Of a stretch of DNA of 64,000 bases, positions 24,982 through 38,100 are shown one piece after another. The notes beneath the pieces are model-generated. The model saw only the letters and a program-made list of their open reading frames with translations. It was not told where the DNA came from and did no database searches. Source of the stretch: Adineta vaga (Eukaryota; Animalia; Rotifera); assembly GCA_021613535.1 (NCBI GenBank), contig CP075497.1, positions 13,829,211 through 13,893,210 of the forward strand. Reading direction: 5' to 3'. Each line of letters opens with the position of its first letter. Position 1 is the first letter of the stretch. Position numbers and translations under genes: made by a program.

Positions 24982-25505
24982 TTATAATAAATCGTTTGAT
25001 TTCTTGACGAAATGCTTTCGATATTCCAATATAAAGATAAAAGTAACACAATAATTTAAATATAATAAAACAATAAGTGTCAAAAATGATAAGAATCCTT
25101 CATTTGTAATACGATCGACACTTTTATTTGGTATATTACTTGTTAAGACAGAATAAAGTACATTAATTGGATATAGAGTTGTAAGAATTATACCAACAAG
25201 AATTTCAGCCACGACAAGTTTGATTAAAGTCATATCACGTTTGGAAAGAACGCTTCTTGATTCATTTTCACTTCGTATTTGAGGTTGAACACGAATACGA
25301 ACTTTTTTCAGATTTTTTGCAATAAGAACAACAAAAACTATTTGTATAATAGGTATAATAACACCATAAATACAAATTTGATAAATACTAAAGAACAATC
25401 CATATGTACCAATAACAAAACATCGATTATTTTGTATTGTTTGATTAAGTGGTAAATGTATTGAGATAAACAAACCAAATAGAATACTTACAATAATAAC
25501 TTTAA
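24982..25505 (-). pseudogene. 5'-truncated rhodopsin-like 7TM receptor fragment (TM4-TM7)
   Basis: Hydrophobic helices with a KKVRIRVQP...KRDMTLIKLV loop; cut off at ~25505 by the P-like transposase sequence. Confidence 0.65.
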
Positions 25506-26993
25506 TTGCTACCTTATGAATTTACTAGAATAAATCTTCCTGGTGCATTACCAACTGTTACAACAATTCATACTTTGATACAGAACAATGATGATAATAT
25601 TAACGAAGCTAGATTTCGGTTCAATCAAATGAAAAATTATCTCAAATCCTTCGGTGTACAACATGCATATTGTGCAGAAGATTGTAAGTATCTTATAAAT
25701 AATATTGATTAGATTCGAGTTTCGTTTTTATAAACAGATCTTTTAAAAATTCTGTTCCCAGAAAAGATTGAATTGATGATCAATCAAAGGCAAGATGATT
25801 TTTGCTTATTGAGTACTCGATAAATATATCGATATGAGATAGAAAATAAATATCATTGTATGCATCATACATTTTTAAAAATCCCTTCAATCCATTCAGA
25901 AGATTGGCTTCTTTGAGAGAATATGAAAAGGTTATCTTTGTCCGTTTGTAGAAATTCCAGTTATATGTAAATTCAATAATTAAAAGATTTCGCTTTACTT
26001 ATTTGTGTTCTATTGACAATAGTAGTGATAGTGCATCAAAGTCTTTCAAAACAAAGATCAGGGTTAACTGTTTTTGTTTACTTTTTTCTCATATTATAGG
26101 TACAGGAGTGATACGTCGAATCAAATACGATACAAATACGAATAGTTTTATTGGTTTTTCCACTCCTCTTCGCGATGGTGTACCAATACCATGTCGTTTC
26201 AAAACAAATTCACTAGCTGAACTGAAGATATGGATGGAGACATATGAGAAGGCTCCACTATTGAATGCTCATTGTGTTCAAGCCATTCCATCAGCAAATC
26301 AAACAGTAGCTCCATCTAGTTTTGTTTTGTCTGGTTATGGAACCAGTAGCAAATATTCATCATTAGATATTCTTAGACGATGGATATTTATATACAAAAA
26401 GTCACTTGAACAAGATGTACGAATCATCGGTTTTTCTACTGGTAAATCGAACGCTTTTCTATAATCTGAAAGTTCTGCTTATAATGATTGAAAATTGCTA
26501 CTAAATAGTTTCAGCTGAATAATTTCTCTTTAATACCTAATAAAAAAACGAATACCTTAGCACGTAGTTAGTCTACAATCATCAAAGAATGCTTTCTTTA
26601 TCGAATAATAATCTAATCAAATATAAATTAGGAAATTTACTTTAAATATATGATTTGTTTATCATAAGTTAGATGCAGACAACAAATATCTTCGCGGGAT
26701 GCGCTTAATGTCTGGATTTTATGCCAACATGCCAAATTTCAATCCACATGTCGATTCTTCTGCATTTTCAATTCGAACTGGTGATTGGTCTCGGTACTAT
26801 TTCAGACCTGAACAACTCTTCGTTTTCATGCAAGATCCCACTCATTTAGTTACAAAGCTACGGAATCGTCTGTTATCTGCAACAGCAGAATTACAAATTG
26901 GTGATACAAATATAACAATTGAACACTTACAGCAGATACTTGATGATTCGGAATTAACAAAATTAGATCACGGACTGACACAAACTGACTTAA

Positions 26994-28282
26994 CCCTTTG
27001 AGTCCCAGTGGTACATATATGTACCACCTAGCGAAAACTTCTAATTTTCAAAAAAATTTCTAGTTTTTAAGATCTAGAAGGAATATTTTCGACAAATGTT
27101 TGTAGTTAAGACATATTTATGCGGAATTGCACAAATATCCGTATGAATAGACAACGTGGAAAAAAGTATTGCGATATATCTATTTGATTTCAGAAAGTTT
27201 TCTTCAAAAATCTAAATTTTGAAAAATTCATGTTTTAATTTATTGTGTCGTGGTGAAATTTATACAGGAAAAAATACAGAACGATATTTGTCATTAGGGG
27301 AGCATGTGGTTATGTCACTAGTAAATGGAATAAGCATGAAAAATCGTCAATTGTTTTTTGATAATTATTTTACTTCGTTACGATTACTTCACAAGCTTAG
27401 GAGAAATAAAATTTCAGCTACTGGTACAATTCGTTCAGATAGAAAATATTTTCCAACTGAATTGAAGAAAAAAGAAAAACTTGAGAGAGGCGATTATCGA
27501 TATCTAACATCTAATGGAGTTTCTGTAATAAAATGGATGGACAAGAAAGAAGTTCTTATTGCATCAAACTACTTTGATCCTGCAGTTAAGAATGAAGTTA
27601 GTCGACGAGATAAAGAGGGAAATAGAAAGCAAATTTCTTGTCCGTTAGCAATTGTTGAGTACAATAAGTATATGGGAGGAGTGGATCTATCGGATCAAAA
27701 AATTAAGTATTGTACAATTGATCGAAAATCAAAGAGAAACTGGATAAGAATATTTTTACATTTCCTTGGTATGTCATTGGTGAACTCATTCATCTATTAT
27801 AAACATTTTTCTAATAGTAGTATTAGTACAGTAGAATATATATCGTCTATTAGTACTGCACTGATAGGTAATTATTGTAGTAGAAAAAGACCAGGAAGAC
27901 CTTTGCCAATGAGTAATCAGAAGAAGATGCGCATCGAAAAGAGCATAAATGACACAAAAAGTTCTGAAAAACCGCAGCTGTTAGCTCATATGCCAGAAGT
28001 TATTTCAACTCGTCGTAGATGTGTTTATTGTAGTACGAAAGAAAAACAGAAAAGGACAGATGTGATATGTACTTTTTGCGGTGTTGGTTTATGTGTGAAA
28101 AACTGTTTTTCTTTGTATCATCAAAACTATGTGTATCAGCATTGCAATGAATAAATAGGTAACCATATAATCACATAGATTTTGATTTTAACCTAACCAG
28201 AGGTGTCGTAATATCATATAAATGCTTAATAGTATGTTTTATCAAACTTCAATTCTGTAGAAATAATTCGGGCCTCAAAGGG
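26994..28282 (+). mobile_element. Internally deleted piggyBac element with TTAA TSD
   Basis: TTAA|CCCTTTGAGTCCC ... GGGCCTCAAAGGG|TTAA; removing it restores the host frame GAC TTA AAA CCA. Confidence 0.95.
27219..28154 (+). pseudogene. C-terminal half of a piggyBac transposase
   Basis: FFDNYFTS, GTIRSDR, YNKYMGGVDLSD and the C-terminal RRRCVYC...CTFC...LC...CF...H finger are present; the N-terminal half with the first catalytic Asp is missing. Confidence 0.9.
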
Positions 28283-30176
28283 TTAAAACCATCAGACCGA
28301 CAAAATTTTCGATCATGTTTACGAATTACAAACTCTCATGTTCTTAATTTGCTAGCTCGTGATGAAAATGCGAATGGAACTCATGTGTATTTGGAATTAA
28401 TTAAATTTATAATAACTTCTTATATTGAACCAACAACGTCGATTGAAGAACGTATGTTTCAACGTTTACTATTTAAGCACTTTTTGTGATGCTTGATAAT
28501 AGAAAATATCTGATTTCTCGTGAACAGAAGTAATCTTTTTCTGTAATATCCTATATAAAAAAAAGAAGCAAAATATCTGATTTTAATCAAATTTTTTATG
28601 AAAAATCGATTACAATAGTATGATCTTATCTGGTGTTTATCAGATTTTTAATCGAAAAAGAATTAGTTAAAATCAATTGTTTTCCAAAAGAATCGATTTA
28701 ACGGATTTTTTTTGAATATCATTTGATTTGAGTCATTTTGTATCAAAAATCGATTTTAATCATATTTTCGATGTTTTTTTACATGAGTATTTTAATACTA
28801 ATTGGGAAAAACTGAGTATCACTTTTATGAATAAAAAAATTCAGAATCGACTTGTTCTCTTTTTGTACATTAACATTGGTGATGTACCTGATCTACTGTT
28901 TAACAACTGTAATGAACATGAAACGCATTCAACTATGTGCTTGTCTCTACTGTTTAGGTCTTCAAGGTGCTTGGACTGCTGTTTTTCTTCTACGTTTATG
29001 GTGGGTATGGCTATTGTTAGTACGATTATCTTCTTTATCTTCATCACATGTAAAATCCAGAAAGAAATCTCGTGAGAAATATTTCATTACTCGCGCTGCA
29101 TTTTTTTCAACCGAATTGAATGCACACTTTCTTACTTATGTTATTATTCTTGTTCAACAGCAGCAATTACCTACGGAAGTATTAAATATCCATTTGTTTT
29201 CATCGCAAACATGTGAATCACTTTTTCGTAGTACACGTTCTCTCAGTGGAGTTTTTTCTACAGTTGTTAACTATACAGTTGACGATTTTCTACGACGTTC
29301 AACAAAACTTTCTATTCTGAATTCAATTAAATGTCAAAACAAATCAACTTCTTCATTAAAATTTCCAATTCATCACAAGCATCTATCTAATGACGCAACA
29401 ACAACCAATCAAAGTCTGATTGACATTAGTCATTTGGATGTGGAAAATGTAGTTCTACAAGCATATCAAACTGCTGTTTCTATTGTAGACAGTTTGAATA
29501 TTTTACCTGTAAGTTATCTATCGATTTCATCTTGATTTTCTTGTAGGGTATATTATTTCGTTCCAATTCGAATGAAGACATTCATTCACAGAAGTTTAAA
29601 GAAAGCGCTAAGAACTATATTCGTTTGAAATTTTAATGTTTTAGTTATTAAAAAAGCACAAGATCTCGAATCTGGACGCGTTGAGCAAATACTTAAATCA
29701 ACATTTGAAGTCGAAGTCGAAACTGCATGATAATATACAGATTTTCAATGATCAAAATGATGATTCCGACTCAGAATTTGAGCTCGATAGTGATGAAGAT
29801 GATGAGATAAATTCTATGTAAGTTATATAATCATTATGATGTAAGATTCTTGGCTTTTGCTTCTTTGTGCATTGTCATCTAACGTTTCTGACTCACAGAC
29901 CGTAACATTTATGCAAAACAATTGCATAAGAAGATTAGTCTAAATTTAAATATAACTCGTTGTAACGCAATCTTCATGAATATTTTAGTTCAGACAAATC
30001 AAGTGGTAGTGAAGGAGATGAGAGCGACGGCAACGCTGTCGAGGAGGAACTGACAACATACAGAACAACTTTTCATGGACTAAACATAAAAGGCAAAGTA
30101 CCTGTTAATCAGGAACAAGCATATTTTAAAATCAAAATTAATGATACAAATAAATTCCTACATAAATCCACAGTAG

Positions 30177-30951
30177 TGTCAAACTCGAAACTTGAATTCG
30201 AGTATTCAATTAACCAAGTATTCTAGAGTCCACTCTTTTGATATCCAGACATAACTTCAAGAGTTACACAACTGGCACAGAAAGAGAAAACATGTCGATT
30301 TTTAGGTACGCGCGCTCAGAAGGCCTTTGGCCCTCTTCGCTACCGGTCTCCATAGGCGAGCGCTCAGACGGCCTTCGGCCCCCTTCGCTACCGGTCTCGA
30401 TAGGCGAGCGCTCAGACGGCCGCCTTCGCTATCAATTTTCGCCCTGTACAGAATCATGCTATATCATTCGTCGGTCGCACGGCATCCTACTAGCAAAACC
30501 GTGACTTATTTTTTCCGCAACAAAGTAGATGTTAACCTTCCGATGGATCAAAGGAATTGTCAATGGACGATTGACGACGATAGCCATTACAAACACTAAA
30601 CGCACAGCAAACAAACGAGCTTTCTTCTTTATGTATATAAACAGAACAAGAAGACAGCGAAACCCATCGCGCCTATATATTTGACATTGGCATTTCTGTC
30701 AGAACACTTTCTTTTACTCAATTAAGGACGAACTCAGCTGTCCACGAAAAATGTCCCAAATCATATGTCCAATATTGTCATCTTAGTTTTCCGCCAAAAA
30801 TCAGGCAACTCACCTCTTGTCACACCTTCACCCCACCCTGAAGGTGATACACTGCATCACGCTTCGCAGCACCCTCACTCACAAATCCTGCATCACGCTT
30901 CGCAGCACCCTCACTTACGTGAATACTCGAATTCAAGTTTCGAGTATTACA
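30177..30951. mobile_element. Non-autonomous TIR element with TGT...ACA ends (possibly Ginger-like) and internal GC-rich tandem repeats
   Basis: ~35-bp TIR TGT(c/a)A(a/t)ACTCGAAACTTGAATTCGAGTATTCA; 48-bp repeats at 30311-30431; 36-bp-period repeat at 30852-30915; no TSD. Confidence 0.7.
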
Positions 30952-33900
30952 TGTATGGCTAAAGTAGGTAAATTAGTCGCTAAATTATTTTTAATCTCCT
31001 GAAAAATAGAAAGAACTCTCGTAGGTAAAAGTCCTCCTGGTCTAAATCCTGATTGCTCATCAGGAATCAGGTGGTTTCCATTTGTCCACCTTCTTGTTCT
31101 ATCGAGTAATATTTTCTCAAATAGTTTCGAATGAGTTGACAATAGAGAGATTGGGCGCGTTTGATCGGCACGCGGAATTCCTGTTTTCAATTTATTTATA
31201 GTAACAATTTTAGCAATTTCCCAAGCATCGGGATAGCGACACTGTTGAAGCCATGCATTAAAACAAATGGTTAAGCATTGAATATAGGATGGTGGAAGCA
31301 ACTTTAGCATACAGTTAGATATTTCATCATAGCCTGATGACTTTTTGTTCTTTAGTTTTTTAATAAGTCTTTTTACTTCTACCAGTGTGGTAGGTTCCAT
31401 ACTTGTACCTGAATTTCTAATTAGAACATCTTTTATAGACGAAAACTACCTGCTGATATAATTGTCATGGTTATTGTTGTGGTCAATCTCTAGGGATTTG
31501 GCTTGTTCTTTATAATACTTATATAAGACTGCTACTATGTCCTTACGAGTTGATTTAATATCTACGCTTGTTTGTAATTTAGATATTGGCAGTGCTTTTG
31601 GTTTGTATATTTTAGAAAGGCGCGACCAAAAAGCTTTTCTACACATATCGTGAGCTTCTTGTATTTGGGATAAGAAAACACTCCATCGTTCTCTCTTATA
31701 CTTAAAAACTTCATATCTAGTGGCTCTACTCATTTTTCGTAGAGTTAATCTACTTTCTTCATCTACCACGCTCTTGTATAGTTGCTTTTCTCTATAATAC
31801 TTATTTCGTACCTGTCTTAACTTCTTTAGCATTTCGACAATGTAGTTAGGTAAATACGGTCGATATTTTTCTTTGTCCGTCCAAGATGTCACTCTTTTCT
31901 TTAAAGCTGATAGAAATCTGGTATAGTTTACATACCAATTATCTACATTCTGTCCTTCTAGCTCCAGTTCTTTAGTCCAAAAGTCTTGTAGTAATATTAG
32001 TATAATCTCATATACGGTCCAATTTGTTACTGGAAGAAATCCGTTTGTTAGGAAACCTAAATTGTTACTTTTCATAATAATTGGCCAATGATCACTTGAT
32101 CCTACTTCTAAGGTTTCTGCCGTTATGTCATTTATATTCGTGAAAACAAAATCTATATTTCTATCTGAAAACTTGGATGAGTTTTTTGTACCTGGAATAT
32201 AAAATAAATTGCTCTCTTCTATCCAATTTTGTCATATTTTATCTCTGGTCTCTGTTTTTGAACTGTTCCAGTCCTCAACTGATGCGTTAAAATCCCAAGT
32301 TACTATCGTATTTTCAATAATGAATGGATTCAGATCATTCAGATTACGATACTGACAGTTAGGCCAGTAAATACCAATAACTCTAATCTGTTCGACTAGT
32401 CCTTCAATATCCACTATCACTGTGTTTTCAATGTTAACTTCTATACGGGTGGCTTTAAGATGTTTACCTACTACTATACTAACACCACCCTTAAAATTTG
32501 TTCCTTTTTGATAAAAGGATTTAAAATGAGGGATAGAAATTTTGTTTGATTGCTTTTCCACTTCTGTGAGTACGCATATAGAACTATCTGTATTAAAAAT
32601 CATTTCAATAGTTTCTAAATCTCTTGATCCCCATCCTTCTACATTGTATGTAAGTATATTAATCGGTATTAGGTTGACTAATATCAGGTGTTGTTCTGAA
32701 TTCCCATAAATCAAGTATACCATTCAATGTGTTACCTCAATACCATTCCTTTACAATATTCTTGACGTAATTAACTGTCTTCGGAGGAAATCACTAGTCA
32801 ATGACCCTACGAATCACAGCATCTTTTACAGATTTATTAGTTGGGAGGTTGTCGGAATGGAAGTTGAAAGAGAAGGGAGATGCATGCACATTCAAAGTGT
32901 TACATACTAATTTGTTATTCATCCAGTGAGTTCATCGAATGATCTACCTCTGCCGACTTCTTATTACGAGAGTTAGCTGGAGCAGTTTGTTTGTTACTTA
33001 GCTGAGTTGATGGTGTGTCAGGTGATTGTTGTTGCTTACTTGATATTAATACGAACTTTTCAATGATATCATTTTTAAAATCTTCGAGTTGACGGGATAA
33101 TTTTGGAAGTGCTTGTTTATTCTTCTTGTTCGTGCCAGTTGTTACTGCATTGATGGTTTGTTGCATTGTATTAGCCAGTACCAGAATACCTTGTTTGTTA
33201 ATTAATATTGATTTTTCCATTAGTTCGAACTTTATTAGTTGATTGTCATACTTTGTTTCCAATCTTCGAGTGGCCTCGAAAATATCTTGAATCTGCACCT
33301 TAATGTCTTTCCATTGATCACATGCAGGTTCTGTATATGCAGCACCTGATGCTACTGCCTGTTGAGGTCAAGTTTGTTGTCTGTAAATCTAGGTTTCTTC
33401 GTTGGAAGGTGCCTGGATTATAATTCGAACTCTCTTCACTAAATATTCCATCCTTCCTTGCCATATCCACTTCTTCTTTCAAGGTTTGACGATGATTTCT
33501 CATCACCGCACACTCCATTCCAAGAGAGAAATGAACACCTTTGCATTGTGCACAACAAACCGGCTTTTGACATTGATGATTGAAATGCCATGGATCTAAG
33601 CATTTCCGACACCTTGCTCCTCCTTTACATTGATTCCTTGTATGTCCTAACTCCCAACAATTGTTGCAGTAAGTCATTTTTAATCTAGGCATAAATGGTG
33701 TTATCGGTAGTAGCAAATGACCAATTGCAATTCGGCCGATTTTAATTATCTCTTTATATTCATCATCTTCAGTAATGCAAAATCGATAATCCACAGGGGT
33801 CCTTGGGCGGTTGTAGTTGATTTTTGATAGGGATGCTGCCGATTTGATTGTCTTTGTTATTTCTTGGTATGGAAATTCGTTGCTGAGATCCATAGGAACG

Positions 33901-34838
33901 CACCGTACCACTACTGCACAGAAATCTGGTAATGAGCGCGGACGTTCAGCTTCTACATCTAATTTGTTCATTTTATTCGGTCAGCTACACTTCCAAAGAG
34001 TCAAGAATTCCTCTTTGGAAGCTACTCCAAATTTGTATCTGTTACCACCAGCTGGTACAAATATTGAAAATTCTTCGATTCTTCCTATATCTTGCTGTTG
34101 TACTGTATCTCTAATCCGTTTAATTGTGACCAAGATTGACGAAATTTGTATATGTCCGTTATCATTGTTGCTAATGAATTTAATGAAGAAGCATGGCGAT
34201 TTATTAGCAACAGCATGTATCAGATAGTTTATAGAAAAACCAAAATGCCCTGCCGCTAGAAGAGTTTTAGATGCCGAAGCTATTGATGTCGTCGTTGTTG
34301 TTTTCGATTCATAGTCACGTGGTTTCTTAACTTGTCTTTGATGTTTTTCCAATGAGCTGCTTTCATCAAGAGGTCTTCTTGGTGCCGATGAGACTTGATT
34401 AAAGGGTGTTAAGATGGGATGACCGGTATCAACAGATGTCTTTGTTTTACGTGCTTAGTCGAACGGTTGAGTTCGTAAGGATGGTGATTCTTGAGCTGCT
34501 TGGTCCGTTAAACGTGGTAACTGTTTTGTGATTTGCTGTCCTGCTTGATTATTCATTTGGTGATTCATTGGTTTCTCATAGCCCTTGGTCTTTCGTATAT
34601 CTACCTGTTGTTTCTTGTAAATTTCCATCATATATTGAACGAATTGATGATCCTTATTCATTTTTTCTTGCCAATAATCCGGATTTAGATCAGGAGGTTC
34701 ATTGTCTGTCTGTGAACCTTCTTGAAATCCGTTCGTTGAGTACATACGAACAGATTAAATTGATGACCGGAATTTGAAGAAGAGAAAAAAAGAAGTCAGA
34801 ACGCAAGAGAAATACGTTTTGTCGTGATAAACTTAATA
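30952..34838 (-). mobile_element. Jockey/I-group non-LTR retrotransposon, degenerate and truncated within the RT
   Basis: ORF1 has three zinc knuckles (CNNCWELGHTRNQC, CRKC...H...C, CAQC...H...C). ORF2 has an APE endonuclease (TYNVEG, LTEV, DFNA, SDH) and the RT N-terminus (SSGYDEI, RPISLLS, KLFEKI, EQSGFR). Several frameshifts. Confidence 0.9.
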
Positions 34839-35177
34839 GGGAGAATGAATTAGTAAGAATCTCATATTGATACATATGATAAATACACGCAGTGTGTATT
34901 TTTTATCGGCTTCAATCTCGAGGATGTAGGCAAGTATATCAAATGCATATCATTATCTCTATCCACATTCATCCTTAGAAAACTGATCCCTTATAACAAC
35001 AGAAACGACTTGTATCAACTAAAATCTGCTACTATAATCTAGTGTTGCAATTGAAAAAAAGTACTACAATTTATTTTGATTTTTTAAATAGCATAAATAA
35101 TGAAATCGAGAAGGAAAGCGTAATGAGTGATTTAGAATTGCAAAGCTCTGTGAAGAAAGATAAATTTTACATTGCGT

Positions 35178-38100
35178 TCAAAGCATACAACATTGACATG
35201 TATTCAAGAAAATGTTAACAGTATTTAGTCCTACATCTGTGATTGCAAGATCTAATTTTCCATCCATATTGATATCTTTTGCTAGAATTGCCAACGGTAT
35301 ACTTTTATCTTTAACTCCAGTTGAAAATGTTATATGGTTTATAAATGTTCCATTATTAGCTCCAAGTAATATATTTATATTATAAGCGCTATTACTAGTA
35401 AAAGCAATATCTGTTTGATTATCATTATTAAAATCACCGACAACAAGTGATCTAGGAAAAGCATAGACACCAGTAGACGATATAACTGGTGTTCCGAAGC
35501 TTTCATTACTATTCCCAAATATTATAGCTACTTGATCACTTCGAGAACTGGCAATAATAAGATCCAAATGAGTGTCATTATTGAAATGGCCCACTTCAAT
35601 TGAATCTGGATAATTAATCGATTCAATAAAAAATGTCATTGGTTTACTGAAAGATCCATTGTTATTATTAATTAGTACATAATATATACCTTTTTTGACA
35701 TTACTAGTAATAACGAGATCTAATTGACCATCATTATTGAAGTCACCCGTAGCAACTGATGATGGAGAACTGCAATTATTATCACATAAATTTGTATGTG
35801 TTATATAAATTCCACTCTTGTTATTATAAATTATGAATACTATTTCGTTATGTAAACTAAGAAAGATCAAATCTAAATAACTGTCATTGTTAAAATCATT
35901 CATAATAACTAAGAATGGTTGAATAATTCCAAGTCTATATATTATTGGATATGAAAAAGTTGCATTCATACTACCATATCGTATAGATAAAGTACCAGAA
36001 ATCGAATTAGGGACAATCAAATCTGAAAAGCCATCTTTGTTAAAATCACTGAACCAAATTGATGTAGCACATACACCAAGAGTATCGTATTTGTTCTGTG
36101 TTTTAAAAAGTCCGTCGTGAGTGGTAAACAGAATACTTAAGCTCGTATCATCACAATCAGTAACAGCAATATCTAAATAATTATCGCCATTAAAATCATT
36201 GATAGTAATTGAATTTGGATAAGAATTAGGACCAGTATTATATGAAAATATTGATTGAAATGTCAGTTGACAATCTAGTTCTAAAAAGAAAACGAATTCA
36301 GTTTCAATATACAATCTGATCTGAACGAAAGTATTGAAGCGTTAAAAACACAAATTTGTACTCATCTTCCCACGGACTGTGATAAATATACGTTAATATA
36401 AGGTCATAATGAATTTTGCAAGGGATTACGCAGAATACTTTTGTTAGTTGACCGAATTTGAAGCTGTTTCCGTGTGAGAAATTTATGAATATTTGAAAAA
36501 CAAGTGCTCATACTTTAAATGAAAATTAATATGTATAAAAATCTCCAATGGCATACGTACTTGGCAAATCCGTACTGTTCATTGTCGAAATAATTGAAGT
36601 TGTTATTATAATAGCTGTGTTATTGTTTGAGGATACTAATAGTAAAATAACAAAATAATGGTGCAAATTGAAAGTTTGTATGTTAAAGGAAAAGGGCAAC
36701 AGCAGCGATAATCGTTTTCCGAATCAAGTTATATTGTGATATAATATTTGGATCAAATTACAGTAAAACCTCTCTATGATGAATGCTAACAGGATCGCTC
36801 AAAATGCGTTCATTATAAATTAAATGTATGCTTACATATAAAGAGTAGATGATGACTGTCACAGATTAATCAGTATGAATCTTTTTTGTAGTATTTATCA
36901 CACACCTTACGGGTTTAAGTGAATGTCTGGAAATTTTACCCAAATTCTCAATCATATTCTTTATTTTCTTTTTGGTGATTGCTAATGAATTTTACTGTCC
37001 TCTCATAAGTGTAATAGAACAAAACTCATATTTCTGTCATCTACATGCGATAGATCAGTTCAATTTGAACTTTTGATACACATTTGTAAGAAACAGATCA
37101 TCAATGAGTTTGCATTAACAGAGGTTTTACTGTAATAGTTTTTTTTTATTGAAATCATTCTTAAATTCTGTTTCTAACCTTCTGTTAAAAGAAATATTTC
37201 ATGCGTTTAATTATTCTGTAAATACAATAACTAAATAATCATACTTAATGATATAGTATTTGCATCTGTTTGTTGATTGAAGTGAATAGATACAATAATC
37301 ATAGCCACAATCATAAATATTAATAGAATAAAACCCAAGATGAAACAATACATTAATGTAGAAAACAATTTTGTTCTAGAAAAGAAAACTATGATTCATA
37401 AGTGAGATTTTGAAAATAGAAGTAATATACGTTCGTGTTGAAGATGTAGATATAGAATTCACATCTGTAATGACTTCGTAAATGTTCGTAACAGTTTCAT
37501 CTGTAGTACTTTCAATAGTAGATACAGGATCAATAATATTTCTTTTTCTCTTCGAATATTGATAGATTTTTATAATAGTAAAAACAATACTGGGACAAAT
37601 CCATTTGAGAAAGAATGTAAGACCACCATAAAGACCGAGCAGAATAGTAATTGTTTCAAATGAATTTATTTTTTGACTATATGTATATGAACAAAACACA
37701 GGTGAACATTGATCAAAATATAATGAATAATCTTTTGTTGTTGACCACTGTTCAATAAAAAGTTTTTGTACGAGATTATTTATCGTTGTATTGATTAAAA
37801 ATTGACTTTTGTTTGTTAATACTGGTAATAATATATTTCTATTATTAGAATTATTATTAATAGTTTCTTGAATAAGTTTAATACATAACTGATTATAAAA
37901 GCATTCAAGAGTAGAAGCAAGAAGTGATTCTGTTGGTGTACATCCCATTTTCAAACCTTGAAGATGAATATTTTCAGACGAATTTAAATTAATAAACTGG
38001 GCTGATGTTGTACAATTTGCAGTTGATGCACATGAACATTCATTGTCATAAATCATTGGTTGTGTAATTGCAGAAGATATACTTAAATTATACCAAGGAA

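Larger units (their letters stand above)
25506..30176 (+). pseudogene. P-element/THAP9-like DDE transposase; multi-exon, truncated at both ends, interrupted by piggyBac
   Basis: AEDC|TGVIRRIKYD..TNSFIGF, GFST|DADNKYLRGM, QDPTHLVTKLRNRLLS, DL|KPSDRQNF, ELNAH and SQTCESLFRSTRS motifs. Confidence 0.7.
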
